A stretch of 64,000 bases of DNA from Clostridia bacterium (GTDB taxonomy: Bacteria; Bacillota; Clostridia; Oscillospirales; CAG-272): NCBI GenBank assembly GCA_017540175.1, contig JAFYBN010000010.1, positions 16,783 through 80,782 of the forward strand. Reading direction: 5' to 3'. The notes under the pieces are model-generated. The model was not told the origin of the DNA. It was given only the letters and a program-made list of their open reading frames with translations, and did no database searches. A program made the position numbers and the translations under genes. Shown one piece after another: positions 36,922 through 47,142 of the stretch (positions are counted from its first letter, which is position 1; every line of letters starts with the position of its first letter).

Positions 36922-38034
36922 TTGATACTGGCACTGGAAGAAGCAAAATACAGACTGGAGAATTTCCGCGCGGACATTCGCGAGCTCGGCAGCGCGCTCC
37001 GCATCGAAGAGCTGCGCAAAAAGGTCGGCGAGCTCGAGGCCTCCACCTCGGACGCCGCCTTCTGGAACGACCAGGAGAACTCCGGCAAGGTCCTGCGCGA
37101 GATCAAGCGCACGAAGGACCGCATCGCGAAATACGAAGCGCTCGAATCGAAGCTCGAGGACACGATCACCCTCGCCGAGCTCGCCATCGAGGAGGGAGAC
37201 GAATCCCTCATTCCCGAAGTGGAGGGCGCGGAAAAGGAGATCCGCCGCGAGGAAGAGGAAGAGCGCATCTCGATCCTGCTCTCGGGCGAATACGACGCGA
37301 ACAACGCCATCGTCTCGTTCCATCCCGGCGCGGGCGGAACCGAAGCGCAGGACTGGGCGCAGATGCTCTACCGCATGTACACCCGCTGGGGCGAGCGCCA
37401 CGGCTACAATGTGAAGCTGATCGACTGGCTCGACGGCGAAGAAGCGGGTCTGAAATCCGCGACCATCATGATCGAGGGCGACAACGCCTACGGCTATCTG
37501 AAGGGCGAGAGCGGCGTGCACCGCCTCGTGCGCGTCTCCCCGTTCGACGCGTCCGGCAGACGGCACACCTCGTTCGCCTCGGTGGAGGTCATGCCCGAAT
37601 TCACGGACGACGGCTCCATCGAGATCAACGAGGCGGACCTCGAGATCACGACGCACAAATCCTCCGGAGCGGGCGGCCAGCACATCAACAAGACGGAATC
37701 CGCCGTGCGCATCGTCCACATCCCGACGGGCATCGTCGTGGGATGCCAGACCGAGCGTTCCCAGCTCCAGAACAAGGAAACCGCGCTCAAGATGCTGAAA
37801 TCCAAGCTCATGGAGATCAAGCAGCGGGAAAAGCTCGACACCATCAACGACATCAAGGGCGTCAAGACGAACATCGAATGGGGCGCGCAGATCCGCTCCT
37901 ACGTCTTCATGCCCTATACCCTCGCGAAGGACACCCGCACCGGATACGAGGACGGCAACATCCAGGCGGTCATGGACGGCGAGATCGACGGGTTCATCAA
38001 CGCCTATCTGAAAATGAACGCCGCGAAAGCGTAA
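36922..38034 (+). CDS. prfB: Peptide chain release factor 2, encoded in a single frame (no +1 frameshift site), TTG start
   Basis: SPF tripeptide (RVSPFD) and GGQ (SGAGGQHINKT). GGAGGA RBS 7 nt before the TTG at 36922. Confidence 0.95.
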   Translation: MILALEEAKYRLENFRADIRELGSALRIEELRKKVGELEASTSDAAFWNDQENSGKVLREIKRTKDRIAKYEALESKLEDTITLAELAIEEGDESLIPEVEGAEKEIRREEEEERISILLSGEYDANNAIVSFHPGAGGTEAQDWAQMLYRMYTRWGERHGYNVKLIDWLDGEEAGLKSATIMIEGDNAYGYLKGESGVHRLVRVSPFDASGRRHTSFASVEVMPEFTDDGSIEINEADLEITTHKSSGAGGQHINKTESAVRIVHIPTGIVVGCQTERSQLQNKETALKMLKSKLMEIKQREKLDTINDIKGVKTNIEWGAQIRSYVFMPYTLAKDTRTGYEDGNIQAVMDGEIDGFINAYLKMNAAKA

Positions 38035-38092
38035 GGAGAGGGTGCGGCTTTCCCGAGAGAAAGCCTGCCGGAAAATTCTGAAAAACCAAACG

Positions 38093-38122
38093 CGCTGACG
38101 GAAAATCCCGTCAGCGTTTCTG
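38093..38122 (+). terminator. Intrinsic terminator after prfB
   Basis: CGCTGACGG-AAAATC-CCGTCAGCG followed by TTTCTG. Confidence 0.6.
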
Positions 38123-38133
38123 CCTGAACTGTT

Positions 38134-38916
38134 ATGAAGAAAGAAGAATCACGATTTGCCCCGGGGACGGTCTTTGAGGGGCTGACCTCGCTCCGCGCCG
38201 TCTTCCGCGCGTCGGACGCGGGCGTGAGCGACCGGCGCGTACTGCGCGTGCTCGTCGACGAGACAAAGAAAAAAAGCCGCGCGAAGGAGCTCGGCTGGCT
38301 GACGGCGGAAGCGGTGAGGCGCGGCTTTCCCCTCGAATATGTTTCCTCCGCCGCAATCGACGCGCTCTCGACCGGCTCGAGCCACGGCGGCGTGATTGCG
38401 GAGTGCTCTTCGCGTACGATCCCACCGCTCGCCTCTTACGAGCCGCCGGAGAACGGCTTCGCCGTGCTGCTCGAGGGCATCGAGGACCCGTACAATTTCG
38501 GCTATGCCCTGCGCTCCCTGTACGCTTGCGGCGCGGACGCCGTGGTGCTTTCCCCGCGGAACTGGATGAGCGCGGCGGGCGTGGTATGCCGCTCGTCCGC
38601 GGGCGCGTCGGAGCTGCTGCCCGTCTATGAGTCCGAGCCCGTGCCGTCGGCGGCGTTTTTCCGGGGACGCGGATACCGCGTGCTCTGCGCGGGCATCCGT
38701 GATTCCCGCTCGTCGTTCGACTGTGACATGAGAAGACCGCTCTATCTCATCGTGGGAGGGGAAAAGCGCGGCATTTCGGGCGCGCTTCTCGCCGAGGCGG
38801 ACGAGGTGGTGCGCATCGATTACGGCCGCGAATTCGGCGGCTCCCTGTCTGCGGCGTCCGCGGCGTCGATGCTCGGGTACGAGGTCATGCGGCAGAACCG
38901 GACGAGCAAGGAATGA
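38134..38916 (+). CDS. TrmH/SpoU family RNA 2'-O-methyltransferase (RlmB-like)
   Basis: LEGIEDPYNFGYALRS, LIVGGEKRGIS, SLSAASAASM SPOUT motifs. The RBS is weak, so the start is uncertain. Confidence 0.8.
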   Translation: MKKEESRFAPGTVFEGLTSLRAVFRASDAGVSDRRVLRVLVDETKKKSRAKELGWLTAEAVRRGFPLEYVSSAAIDALSTGSSHGGVIAECSSRTIPPLASYEPPENGFAVLLEGIEDPYNFGYALRSLYACGADAVVLSPRNWMSAAGVVCRSSAGASELLPVYESEPVPSAAFFRGRGYRVLCAGIRDSRSSFDCDMRRPLYLIVGGEKRGISGALLAEADEVVRIDYGREFGGSLSAASAASMLGYEVMRQNRTSKE

Positions 38917-39009
38917 GGCGCGCGGATCCGGAGCGCGTCGAATCCGCGGACAGGTCCCAAACCGGGGCGGCGGGAATTTTCCGTGCCGCTCCGTCCTTTT
39001 CAACGCATA

Positions 39010-39058
39010 AGGCTGTTCTTCGCCGCGCGCGTTCGGCGCATCGAAGAACAGCCTTTTT
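39010..39058. terminator. Terminator hairpin shared by convergent genes
   Basis: Perfect 13-bp stem AGGCTGTTCTTCG/CGAAGAACAGCCT followed by TTTTCT on the plus strand. Confidence 0.7.
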
Positions 39059-39358
39059 CTATGCCTGTTTTTTCCGGAGGATCTTCCGGATGCTGTCTTG
39101 AGACAGACAGTACCGCTCGGCGAGCGCCTCGACGCTGAGGCCCGTGCCGCGGTCCTTGAGGATGGCGCGGTTGCGCACGTCCAGCTCGGCTCGCATGCCG
39201 CTCTTTGCGCCCCACGTTTCCCGCGCGCCCCGCTTTTTCGGGATATAGAGCGCGCAGCCCTGTGCGTACTGCCGGATCTCGTCGAGCAGCTCTTTTGGAA
39301 GGATCTCCTCCGCGTTGAGATAACCGATCAAGAGAACCGCCTTTCCGGTATGCTTCAT
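39059..39358 (-). CDS. Small HTH protein (Mor / CD3324-like family)
   Basis: LPKELLDEIRQY....LYIPKK...R..W....G and a C-terminal HTH (LSVEALAERYCLSQDSIRKIL). No SD before the ATG at 39358. An in-frame TTG at 39331 has a GAAAGG SD and may be the true start. Confidence 0.6.
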   Translation of the reverse strand: MKHTGKAVLLIGYLNAEEILPKELLDEIRQYAQGCALYIPKKRGARETWGAKSGMRAELDVRNRAILKDRGTGLSVEALAERYCLSQDSIRKILRKKQA

Positions 39359-39370
39359 ACCGACGAGTCG

Positions 39371-39411
39371 TCAAAACGCGGAAGCGCCGGTTTTGCCCGG
39401 TCCGCTTCCGC
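39371..39411 (-). terminator. Probable terminator of the GH36 gene
   Basis: 9-bp stem GCGGAAGCG/CGCTTCCGC followed on the minus strand by GTTTTG. Confidence 0.5.
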
Positions 39412-39611
39412 ACTGCGGCGGCGTGTTCTCAGATCGCGCTCACGCGCGGATTCAGAGGACAGCCACCTCGCTTGAAAGTCTGGTCGTCACTTTTTTATAC
39501 CTCCGATCTTCCGTATTCGGCAACCGGTTTACCGTGCCCTTATTCTACCACAATCCCCAGCGGATTGCAAGGGAAAGAACGGGTGGAAGAGAATTTTCCG
39601 GTCCGCCGCTC

Positions 39612-41567
39612 TCAGTTCTCCGCGATCCGGTAGAAGATCACGGTTCCCGCGCGCTTCGGGAGGCTCACGGTCAGCCCGTCGCGGCGCAGGGTCTCGCCGT
39701 CGAGGGTGAAGCGGTCGCCGTTTTCGGTCTCGAAGGCGAGCTTTTTGCTCTCGTATCCGTCAAACGGGACGGTGAAGGTCTCACCCTCCGCTTCCCGGTT
39801 GCGCATGATCTGCACGAAGCCCTCCGTATCCGTTTCAAAGCGCATGGCGTACCAGTCGCCCGCGCTCTTTCGGCATTCTGTGAGCGGCTCGTAGTCGCCG
39901 TCGAGCATGATCCGCGCGGCGCGCCGCCAGATCTTCTCCGCCCTCTTCGTCCGCGCGAACTGCTCGTCGTCCGCGTCCCACCACGTCATATAGGTCACGG
40001 CGGGCGCCATCGCGGTCTCGAAGGTGAAGTCGTCGTTGTCGGTCCACTCCTGACCGAGCGTCTTTTCGACGAACTCCCGGTCCCACGCCATATTGTGCGA
40101 GCGGAAATAGGGGATCCACTCGAACATTTCGCGGTACTGCTTCTGCTTCACGGGGATGTCCCCGTACCCGACGTCGGTATAGTGCAGGGGTACGGCGCGG
40201 CGCATGGTTTCAAGGTCGTTGCGCCGCCCGCCGGACGCGCAGGAGTCGATCCACAGCCCCGGGTTTCGGTCGATGAGAGCGTCCCAATAGGCGAGATAGC
40301 CCTGCACATGCCGGTTTTCGAGCGCGCCGATGCGGTCTTCGCTCTCCGCTCTTTCCCAGCACGGTCTCGGGCTGAAATTGAAGTCCTGCCGGTAGACGCG
40401 GATATGCCCTTCCTTGATGATCGAATCGACCCGCTCGGTCAGCCACGCGCGGCAGGCGGAGTTCCCGAGATCGAGCAGGCAGTTTCCGTCGCCCTCGCGC
40501 CCGGTGGGGAGCAGCCAGTCGGGATGCTCCCCAGCGAGCTCCGTGCCGGGGGTGACCCTCTCCGGCTCGAACCAGAGCAGAAACCGCGCGCCGATCTCGT
40601 CGCATGCCCTTCCGACGGGTCCGAGTCCGTTCGGGAAGCGGTCGGGGTCGGGCTTCCACGTGCCCGTATGGGGCCAGTTGTAATCGCATTTGTACCAGCC
40701 GGCGTCGATCCACCAGATATCGGGGATGAGCCCGTTTTCCCGATAGCGTTCGATGGCGCGGAGCTGATTCTCTTCGGTCGCCGCCGTGTGCTCCGGCTTG
40801 CCCTCGCAGCCCCAGTAGTGCAGGCAAAGCGCTGGCGCGAGCGGCTTTCCGTTCTCGCGGGGCAGGATGTGGTCGATGTACCACCGCCGCCAGAGATTGC
40901 GGCTTCTCGCCTCGTCTCCCGCGGAGATCATAAAGGTCAGGCGCGGGGTGCGGAGCTTCTCGCCGGGCATGACCCGGAAATGACAGCGCAGCTGCCCCGC
41001 TTCGAACCGGACGCCGTTTTCCGTCCGCTCCGCCTCCGCCTTCCACATGGCGGGCCAGCCGACCGCGGCGCGGACCGTATAGTCCGCGAACACGAGCTTC
41101 ATATAGGGGAACGCCCCGTGGCACGAGGTCCCGTCGTCGGGCGCGATCGTTTTGCCCCCGTCCTTCAAGTCGTCGCGGAACCACTCGTATCCGTCGTCGC
41201 GGCAGGTGTCCCCGTTGCCGTGAACGAACGCGGAAAAATCGCCCGCGATCTCCCCGCCGAGCAGGATATCGGAAAGAATGCCCGAGGGCTCCCCGCCGGT
41301 GTTCTCAAATTCCGCCGTCCATTCGACGACGGGATAATCCCGATATTCCCACTGTGTTGCCGTGACACAGAGGCTGCCGAGCCTTCCCGCATAGGTCCGG
41401 CGGATGAGGTTCGCGTCGACCGATTCCCGCGCGATTCTCGCGCCGGGCACGCCTTTCACAGGCTCTCCGTCCAGACGGAAGCGGAGGGGTACGTCCTCCC
41501 CCGCCGCCGCGCGGGCAAACACAAGGGGGGTGAGGCTGAAATCTTCCTTTGACACCTGTACACGCAT
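39612..41567 (-). CDS. Glycoside hydrolase family 36-like alpha-galactosidase
   Basis: IWWIDAGWY...W.PDPDRFPNGL...FLLWFEPERV catalytic-barrel motifs typical of GH36. Confidence 0.8.
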   Translation of the reverse strand: MRVQVSKEDFSLTPLVFARAAAGEDVPLRFRLDGEPVKGVPGARIARESVDANLIRRTYAGRLGSLCVTATQWEYRDYPVVEWTAEFENTGGEPSGILSDILLGGEIAGDFSAFVHGNGDTCRDDGYEWFRDDLKDGGKTIAPDDGTSCHGAFPYMKLVFADYTVRAAVGWPAMWKAEAERTENGVRFEAGQLRCHFRVMPGEKLRTPRLTFMISAGDEARSRNLWRRWYIDHILPRENGKPLAPALCLHYWGCEGKPEHTAATEENQLRAIERYRENGLIPDIWWIDAGWYKCDYNWPHTGTWKPDPDRFPNGLGPVGRACDEIGARFLLWFEPERVTPGTELAGEHPDWLLPTGREGDGNCLLDLGNSACRAWLTERVDSIIKEGHIRVYRQDFNFSPRPCWERAESEDRIGALENRHVQGYLAYWDALIDRNPGLWIDSCASGGRRNDLETMRRAVPLHYTDVGYGDIPVKQKQYREMFEWIPYFRSHNMAWDREFVEKTLGQEWTDNDDFTFETAMAPAVTYMTWWDADDEQFARTKRAEKIWRRAARIMLDGDYEPLTECRKSAGDWYAMRFETDTEGFVQIMRNREAEGETFTVPFDGYESKKLAFETENGDRFTLDGETLRRDGLTVSLPKRAGTVIFYRIAEN

Positions 41568-41615
41568 GGCAAACTTCCTTTCGATTCGATTGGATTTCGG
41601 ATTTCACGTGGGGCT

Positions 41616-43787
41616 TCAGTTCTGTATTTTTCCCTCTTTCCGCCCGAGCGCGGCGAGGCGGCGGGCGGTTTCGGCGTTTTCCGGTCTTGCGAGCGCGGGG
41701 TCGTCCTCGACCGTGCGCTTCGCGTAATACGACGCGCGTTCGATCATGACGGGATCGCGGCAGGCGGCGGCCAGACGGAAATTCATCTGCCCGTGCTGAC
41801 GGATCGCGCCCGCTTCGCTGAAGAAATCCCCGGGGCCGCGCAGCTCGAGATCGTATTCGGCGATCTCAAATCCGTCCGTCGTGCTTTTGATCGCTTTGAG
41901 CCGGTCCTGCGCCTCCGGGCTTTTCGTATCGGAGACGAGGATGAAATAGGACTGATACGAGCCGCGCCCGACGCGTCCTCGGAGCTGGTGGAGCTGGGAC
42001 AGCCCGAACCGCTCCGCGTTTTCCACGATCATGAGCGTCGCGTTCGGGACGTTGACCCCGACCTCCACGACCGTGGTGGACACGAGCACATCGAGCCTCC
42101 CCTCGGCAAACTCCGTCATGACGCGGTCCTTTTCCGCCGATTTCAGCTTGCCGTGCACGAAGCCGATCCTCAGCTCCGGCAGGGCGTGGGCGAGCTCGTC
42201 CGCCGTCTGGAGCGCGGATTTCATGGGGGCCGTCTCCGGCGTCTCCTCATAGAGGGAGAGATTGGAAAGCTCCTCGGCGTCCGCCTCCCGCTCGCGCTCC
42301 TCCACCGCGGGGCAGACGACGTAGATCTGCCGCCCCTCCCCCGCCTGCTTCCGGATGAAGCCGTTCAGTCTTTCCCGATAGCTTTCGTTTACGATGAAGG
42401 TGGAGGTCTTCGCGCGCCCGGCGGGCAGCTCGTCGAGGCGGGACACGTCGATCATCCCGTAGGCGGCGAGGGTCAGGGTGCGCGGGATGGGGGTCGCGCT
42501 CATCACGAGGCAGTGCACGTTTTTCGCCTTTTCGAAGAGCGCCGCGCGCTGACGTACGCCGAAGCGGTGCTGCTCGTCGATGACGGCGAGCCCGAGCCGT
42601 CCGAACGTCACGTCCTCCGTGAGAAGCGCGTGGGTCCCGACGACGATGTCAACGCCGCCGTCCGCTCTCAGGCCTTCGAGGATCTCGTTCCGCTCCTTCT
42701 TCTTCGTCGCGCCGCACAGCAGTGCGGTTTTTATGCCGAGCTTTTCAAAGAGGCGGGAAAAATCCGCGTAATGCTGGCGGGCAAGGATTTCGGTCGGCGC
42801 CATGACGACGGCTTTTTTGCCGTTTTTCACCGCGAGGTACGCCGCCGCCTCTGCGACCGCGGTCTTGCCGCTGCCGACGTCCCCGGTCAGGATGCGGTTC
42901 ATCAGCTTCCCGCCCGAGAGGTCCGCCGCGATCTCGCCCACGGAGCGCGCCTGCGCCCCCGTCAGGGCGAAGGGCAGCGCGGCAAGGAATTCGTCCAGTC
43001 CGCAGTCCGTGAAGCGCAGCGCGCCGCTCGGCTGTTTCGCCGCCGCGCCGCTCTGCGCCATGGAGAGGAACATGAGATAGAGTTCTTCAAAGGCGAGCCG
43101 TTTTTTCGCCGCGCCGATCGCCGCCGCGCTTTCGGGCCGGTGGATCTGGCGGAGCGTATAGCCGACGGTCGGCAGTCCGAGCTCGCTCAGCGCGTCGAGG
43201 GGCAGATTCTCCTTCCATTCCCGCTCGGTCAGCCGCAGCGCCTGCGCGACCGCGTCCGCCATGAATTTCTGTTTCAGCTCCGCGGTCACGGGGTAGACCG
43301 GCACAATGTCGGCGAGCGGGACGTCCTCCCGCCAGGCCTCCGTGACGGGGCTGTTCAGGTTCAGCTTGCCGTACTCCCACGTGTACCGCCCGTAAAAGCG
43401 GAAGGTCTCTCCGACGTGAACGCGGCTCACGATATAGGGCTGGTTGAACCATGTGATTTCGACGGAGCCGGTCTCGTCGAAGGCGCGGGTCTTCGTGAGC
43501 GTCATGCCCCGCCGGACGGTGCGCGTGACGGGGGCGGCCGCGACGGTCAGGATCGCGGAAAACGGTCCCGTCTCCCCGTCGGCGAGCTTTTCGCGGATGA
43601 GCGAGAGGGACATCGTGTCGCCCCGGTTCTGATACGCGCGGGGATAGAGCCGCACGAGATCGCCCACCGTCTCGACGCCGAGCTTCGAAAGGGCTTCGCG
43701 CGTCTTCTGCCCCACGCCGTGCAGAATGCCGACGGACTGCTCGGAGACGGGCAGCTCTTCCCCGTTCTTCGCACGCTCTCGTTCCAT
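41616..43787 (-). CDS. recG: ATP-dependent DNA helicase RecG
   Basis: Wedge domain plus helicase motifs (GDVGSGKT, DEQHRFG, MSATPIPRT, HGKL, QLHQLRGRVGRG). Start at the ATG at 43787 with a GGGAGGA RBS. Confidence 0.9.
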   Translation of the reverse strand: MERERAKNGEELPVSEQSVGILHGVGQKTREALSKLGVETVGDLVRLYPRAYQNRGDTMSLSLIREKLADGETGPFSAILTVAAAPVTRTVRRGMTLTKTRAFDETGSVEITWFNQPYIVSRVHVGETFRFYGRYTWEYGKLNLNSPVTEAWREDVPLADIVPVYPVTAELKQKFMADAVAQALRLTEREWKENLPLDALSELGLPTVGYTLRQIHRPESAAAIGAAKKRLAFEELYLMFLSMAQSGAAAKQPSGALRFTDCGLDEFLAALPFALTGAQARSVGEIAADLSGGKLMNRILTGDVGSGKTAVAEAAAYLAVKNGKKAVVMAPTEILARQHYADFSRLFEKLGIKTALLCGATKKKERNEILEGLRADGGVDIVVGTHALLTEDVTFGRLGLAVIDEQHRFGVRQRAALFEKAKNVHCLVMSATPIPRTLTLAAYGMIDVSRLDELPAGRAKTSTFIVNESYRERLNGFIRKQAGEGRQIYVVCPAVEEREREADAEELSNLSLYEETPETAPMKSALQTADELAHALPELRIGFVHGKLKSAEKDRVMTEFAEGRLDVLVSTTVVEVGVNVPNATLMIVENAERFGLSQLHQLRGRVGRGSYQSYFILVSDTKSPEAQDRLKAIKSTTDGFEIAEYDLELRGPGDFFSEAGAIRQHGQMNFRLAAACRDPVMIERASYYAKRTVEDDPALARPENAETARRLAALGRKEGKIQN

Positions 43788-43908
43788 GGCACGTCCTCCC
43801 TTCGCTTGTTTTGCTTTCATCTTATCACAAAACCGTCCTGTTTTCAAGCCGGTTGAGCAAAAAAGAGACCGCGCGGGTTCGCGCCGCCGTTTTTTCGAGG
43901 GAAAACAT

Positions 43909-43937
43909 TTGCATTTTGCGCGGGAATGTGGTATAAT
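43909..43937 (+). promoter_or_regulatory. SigmaA-type promoter TTGCAT-N17-TGgTATAAT for tsaE-tsaB-rpiB
   Basis: TTGCAT 43909-43914, 17 nt, TATAAT 43932-43937 with an extended TG. Confidence 0.6.
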
Positions 43938-43976
43938 AAAACCGAACGGAGAAAAGCGCGGAAGGAGGGGATCGTC

Positions 43977-44453
43977 ATGTGTGATTCGCAAAGCCAGAGA
44001 GCGGGACGCGTGTTTCTCACCGCGTCGCCCGCGGAGACCGAAGAGGTCGGCAAAATTCTCGGCGAGGCGATGCTGCCCATGCTCGGCGCGCCGGAGAGAC
44101 CCTTTGTCGCGCTGTACGGCGATCTCGGCGCGGGGAAAACCGTTTTCGTGCGAGGACTGGCGTCCACACTCTCGCCCGGGAGCCGGGTCAAGAGTCCGAC
44201 CTTCACGCTCGTCAACGAATACCGCCGCGGTCCCGTCCCCGTCTTCCACTTCGATCTCTACCGTGTGGAGGACCCCGGGGAGCTCGAAGGCTTCGGCTTT
44301 GAGGACTACCTTTCCGAGGGCGTCTGCGTCGCCGAATGGAGCGAACGCCTCGGCGAGGCGCTGCCGAAGGACGCCGTAGTCGTCCGGATCGAAAAGACCG
44401 GCGCGGACGGCAGACGCGTCACCATCGAACCGTTTCCCGGAGGGAAGTCATGA
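43977..44453 (+). CDS. tsaE: tRNA t6A37 biosynthesis ATPase TsaE
   Basis: LYGDLGAGKTVFVRGLA, SPTFTLVNEY, HFDLYR. Confidence 0.85.
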   Translation: MCDSQSQRAGRVFLTASPAETEEVGKILGEAMLPMLGAPERPFVALYGDLGAGKTVFVRGLASTLSPGSRVKSPTFTLVNEYRRGPVPVFHFDLYRVEDPGELEGFGFEDYLSEGVCVAEWSERLGEALPKDAVVVRIEKTGADGRRVTIEPFPGGKS

Positions 44454-45175
44454 AAATACTTGCTGTCGACGCCTGCTCGAAAACCGCCGCTGCCGCTTTG
44501 TGCGAGGACCGCGCCCTGCTCGGCGAGTTCTCCGTGAAAACGGGAACGCACAGCGCGGCGCTTCTGCCGCTGATCGAAAAGCTGCTCGAGGCCTCGTCGC
44601 TCAACGTATCCGATCTCGATCTTCTGGTCTCGACCGTGGGGCCCGGCTCGTTCACGGGCGTGCGCATCGGGGTCTCGACCGTCAAGGGGCTGGCGTTCGC
44701 CGGAAAGACCCCCTGCGTCGGCGTATCGACGCTCGAGGCGATGGCGGCGCAGTTTGCGGGGCTCTCCGGACTGGTGGTCCCGAACCTCGACGCCCGGCGG
44801 GGGCTTGTCTACGCGGCGATCTTCCGCTCATCTGAAAACGGCGTCGTCCGCCTCACCGAGGACGGGCAGATCAGCTCCGAAGAGCTCGTCTCCGCGCTCG
44901 GGGAATACCCCGGCGAGCCCGTATATTTCACGGGGGACTACGGAGCGGAGCATTTTGCCTTTGACGCGGGGCGCGTCCGCGCCGTGCCGGAGCGGCTGAA
45001 AGCGGTGTCCGCCTACGGTGCCGCCGTTCTCGGATACGAAATCATCTCCGCGGCGCGCGCGCAAAACGAAGGAGATATCCCCGACGGGTTTTCGGACGCC
45101 GCGCTCGCACCCGTCTATCTCAAAAAATCCCAGGCGGAGCAGGACCGCGAAGAGCGTCTTGCCGCCGGAAAATAA
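44450..45175 (+). CDS. tsaB: tRNA t6A37 biosynthesis protein TsaB
   Basis: MKILAVD...GPGSFTGVRIGVSTVKGLA. ATGA overlap with tsaE. Confidence 0.85.
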   Translation: MKILAVDACSKTAAAALCEDRALLGEFSVKTGTHSAALLPLIEKLLEASSLNVSDLDLLVSTVGPGSFTGVRIGVSTVKGLAFAGKTPCVGVSTLEAMAAQFAGLSGLVVPNLDARRGLVYAAIFRSSENGVVRLTEDGQISSEELVSALGEYPGEPVYFTGDYGAEHFAFDAGRVRAVPERLKAVSAYGAAVLGYEIISAARAQNEGDIPDGFSDAALAPVYLKKSQAEQDREERLAAGK

Positions 45176-45185
45176 GGAGCGATCC

Positions 45186-45650
45186 ATGGATCCGAAAACC
45201 GTCGTACTTGCCTCCGATCACGCGGGGTATTCGCTGAAAAACGCCCTGAGGGATTATCTCGCCTCCGAGGGTTACGCCGTGATCGACGCCGGCACGGACT
45301 CGAGCGCAAGCTGCGATTATCCCGTTTACGCGGAAAAGGCGTGCCGCATCCTCCTCGCCGGAGACGCCGACCTCGCCCTGCTCGTGTGCGGGACGGGCGT
45401 GGGCATGAGCCTCGCCGCGAACAAAATCCCGGGTGTGCGCGCCGCGTGCTGTTCCGACGTGTACACGGCGAAATTCACCCGTCTGCACAACGACGCCAAC
45501 GCCCTGTGCCTCGGCGCGCGCGTGCTCGGCGAGGGACTGGCGCGGGAAATCGCCGACATCTTTGTCTCAACGGAATTTGAGGGCGGCAAGCACGCGAGAA
45601 GAGTCGACATGATCCGAAAGATCGAGGCGGGGGGCACCCTTCTCGACTGA
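45186..45650 (+). CDS. rpiB: Ribose-5-phosphate isomerase B
   Basis: LASDHAGY.LK, LVCGTGVGMSLAANK, RLHNDANALCLGARV. Confidence 0.9.
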   Translation: MDPKTVVLASDHAGYSLKNALRDYLASEGYAVIDAGTDSSASCDYPVYAEKACRILLAGDADLALLVCGTGVGMSLAANKIPGVRAACCSDVYTAKFTRLHNDANALCLGARVLGEGLAREIADIFVSTEFEGGKHARRVDMIRKIEAGGTLLD

Positions 45651-45868
45651 GACGATCCGAGTCAGCAGAATCCGCTCCGGCACATCCCCAAACGTCAGTC
45701 CGCCGCGGCGTCGCGAAAAAAGCCCAGCAAAGAGGGTGAAGCGTGCGCAGCAGACGAAGCGGGCGGATCGGGCGGATCAGGAAGAAAAGCGCATCGGGGA
45801 CGGCGACACATAACAAGACGAAAAAACGAAGAATCGTAAGATGCAGAGACGCAGAAAGGAGCATTCCC

Positions 45869-46504
45869 ATGACAAACTACACCGTCACCATCGCGCGGCA
45901 GTACGGAAGCGGCGGCAGGGAGGTCGGCATCCGTCTTTCCGAGCTGACCGGCTGGAAGTTCTATGACAAGGATCTCATCACCATGGCGGCGCAGAAAAGC
46001 GGTCTCAGCACCGAAGCGCTGAAGAGCGTGGACGAGAAAGCCGCGAACAGCCTGCTCTACACCCTCGCCCTCGGCTCGTCGATCTACAACCACGGCGTGG
46101 AGCATGTGAACCTCCCGATCAACGACCGTCTATTCGTCGTGCAGTCCGAGATCATCAAGGATCTCGCGGCGTCGGGAGAAGGGGCGATCATCGTGGGTCG
46201 GTGCGCCGACTATGTGCTCGCGGGACGGGAAAACCTCGTGCGGGTCTATATCACGGCGGATTTCGACACGCGCGTCGCGACCGTCATGCGGCGGCACGAG
46301 CTCTCCGAGGGCGCGGCGAAGGATCTGATCGTAAAGACCGACAAGCGCCGCGCGAACTATTACAGCTACTACACCGGCGAAAAATGGGGCCGTCCGGACA
46401 AGTACGATCTCATGGTGTCCACGGACCGCGTGGGGATCGACGGCGCGGCGGAGGTGATCGCGGATTATATCGGGGTCATCGAAAAGAAGAAAGAGGAGAA
46501 ATAA
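45869..46504 (+). CDS. Cytidylate kinase-like family protein
   Basis: IARQYGSGGREVG P-loop-like start and a family-typical layout. GAAAGGAG RBS. Confidence 0.8.
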   Translation: MTNYTVTIARQYGSGGREVGIRLSELTGWKFYDKDLITMAAQKSGLSTEALKSVDEKAANSLLYTLALGSSIYNHGVEHVNLPINDRLFVVQSEIIKDLAASGEGAIIVGRCADYVLAGRENLVRVYITADFDTRVATVMRRHELSEGAAKDLIVKTDKRRANYYSYYTGEKWGRPDKYDLMVSTDRVGIDGAAEVIADYIGVIEKKKEEK

Positions 46505-46531
46505 GCTCCCGCCCCGCGGTCTCTTTGATAA

Positions 46532-46879
46532 ATGAGAAAAGGATGGGGCCGATCGATGAAAGACACGGCGCAGGAGCGTGAATACCCGGAAAACCTTGTC
46601 CGGGCGCTGGGAGTCGATCTGATCTGCGGGACGGAGGAATACGCCCCGCTCACGGAGGAGCAGCTCAAGCGGCTTGAAGCCGCCGTCTCAAGGATCGAAC
46701 CCCACAAGCATCAGATGCTGATCGCGCTCCGCTTCAAGGAGCATCTGTCCTATCAAGTCATCGCGGAGCGGATGGGGCTCGCCACGAAGGATCTGGCGCG
46801 GCGTTTTGTGGACATCGCCTTAAAGCGCGTGCGGGAGCAGTACGGCGTTCCCTACCGGAAAACAAGCCCGAAGCGGTGA
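46532..46879 (+). CDS. Small sigma-70 region-4-like HTH protein (start uncertain; alternative ATG at 46556)
   Basis: LIALRFKEHLSYQVIAERMGLATKDLARRFVDIALKRV resembles a sigma region 4 / LuxR-type HTH. Confidence 0.5.
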   Translation: MRKGWGRSMKDTAQEREYPENLVRALGVDLICGTEEYAPLTEEQLKRLEAAVSRIEPHKHQMLIALRFKEHLSYQVIAERMGLATKDLARRFVDIALKRVREQYGVPYRKTSPKR

Positions 46880-46980
46880 GACCGGGCGTCTGATCCGCGG
46901 CGCGGAGTGATCTTTTTCTCCGCGCGGCTTGGTGCAAAAGGCCTCCGCGTTTTGTTTTGAAATTATAACGGACAGCCGGT

Positions 46981-47030
46981 CGTCCGGCGCCTGATTTATG
47001 TTCAGACGCCGGACGGCATTTTTTTATTTT
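46981..47030 (+). terminator. Intrinsic terminator upstream of the spoIIIA operon
   Basis: CGTCCGGCG-17 nt-CGCCGGACG followed by CATTTTTTTATTTTT. Confidence 0.7.
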
Positions 47031-47142
47031 TGGCGAGATCGTGAGGGAGGGGGAAATAGGTAAGAGGTAAGAGTGAAGAGTGAAGAAGTAAGCACGATCT
47101 TGCGCGGGTGAGAGAGGGAGAATTTCGCCGCTGATTTTTCCG

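Noticed and set aside
36922-37010. A programmed +1 frameshift in prfB.
   Set aside because: No CTT TGA C site or in-frame stop occurs near codon 25. The gene reads through in one frame (…ELGSALRIEEL…). A minority of bacteria lack the frameshift, so this is not remarkable.
46899-46926. The hairpin GCGCGGAG-10 nt-CTCCGCGC right after the sigma-r4-like gene, considered as a terminator.
   Set aside because: No T-tract follows it. The convincing terminator is the next hairpin, at 46981-47030.
47060-47094. Five tandem purine-rich heptamers (GTAAGAG GTAAGAG TGAAGAG TGAAGAA GTAAGCA) between a terminator and the spoIIIA promoter.
   Set aside because: Short and degenerate, with no obvious pairing partner or known binding consensus. 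Probably slippage-derived filler. Noted only in case it recurs elsewhere.
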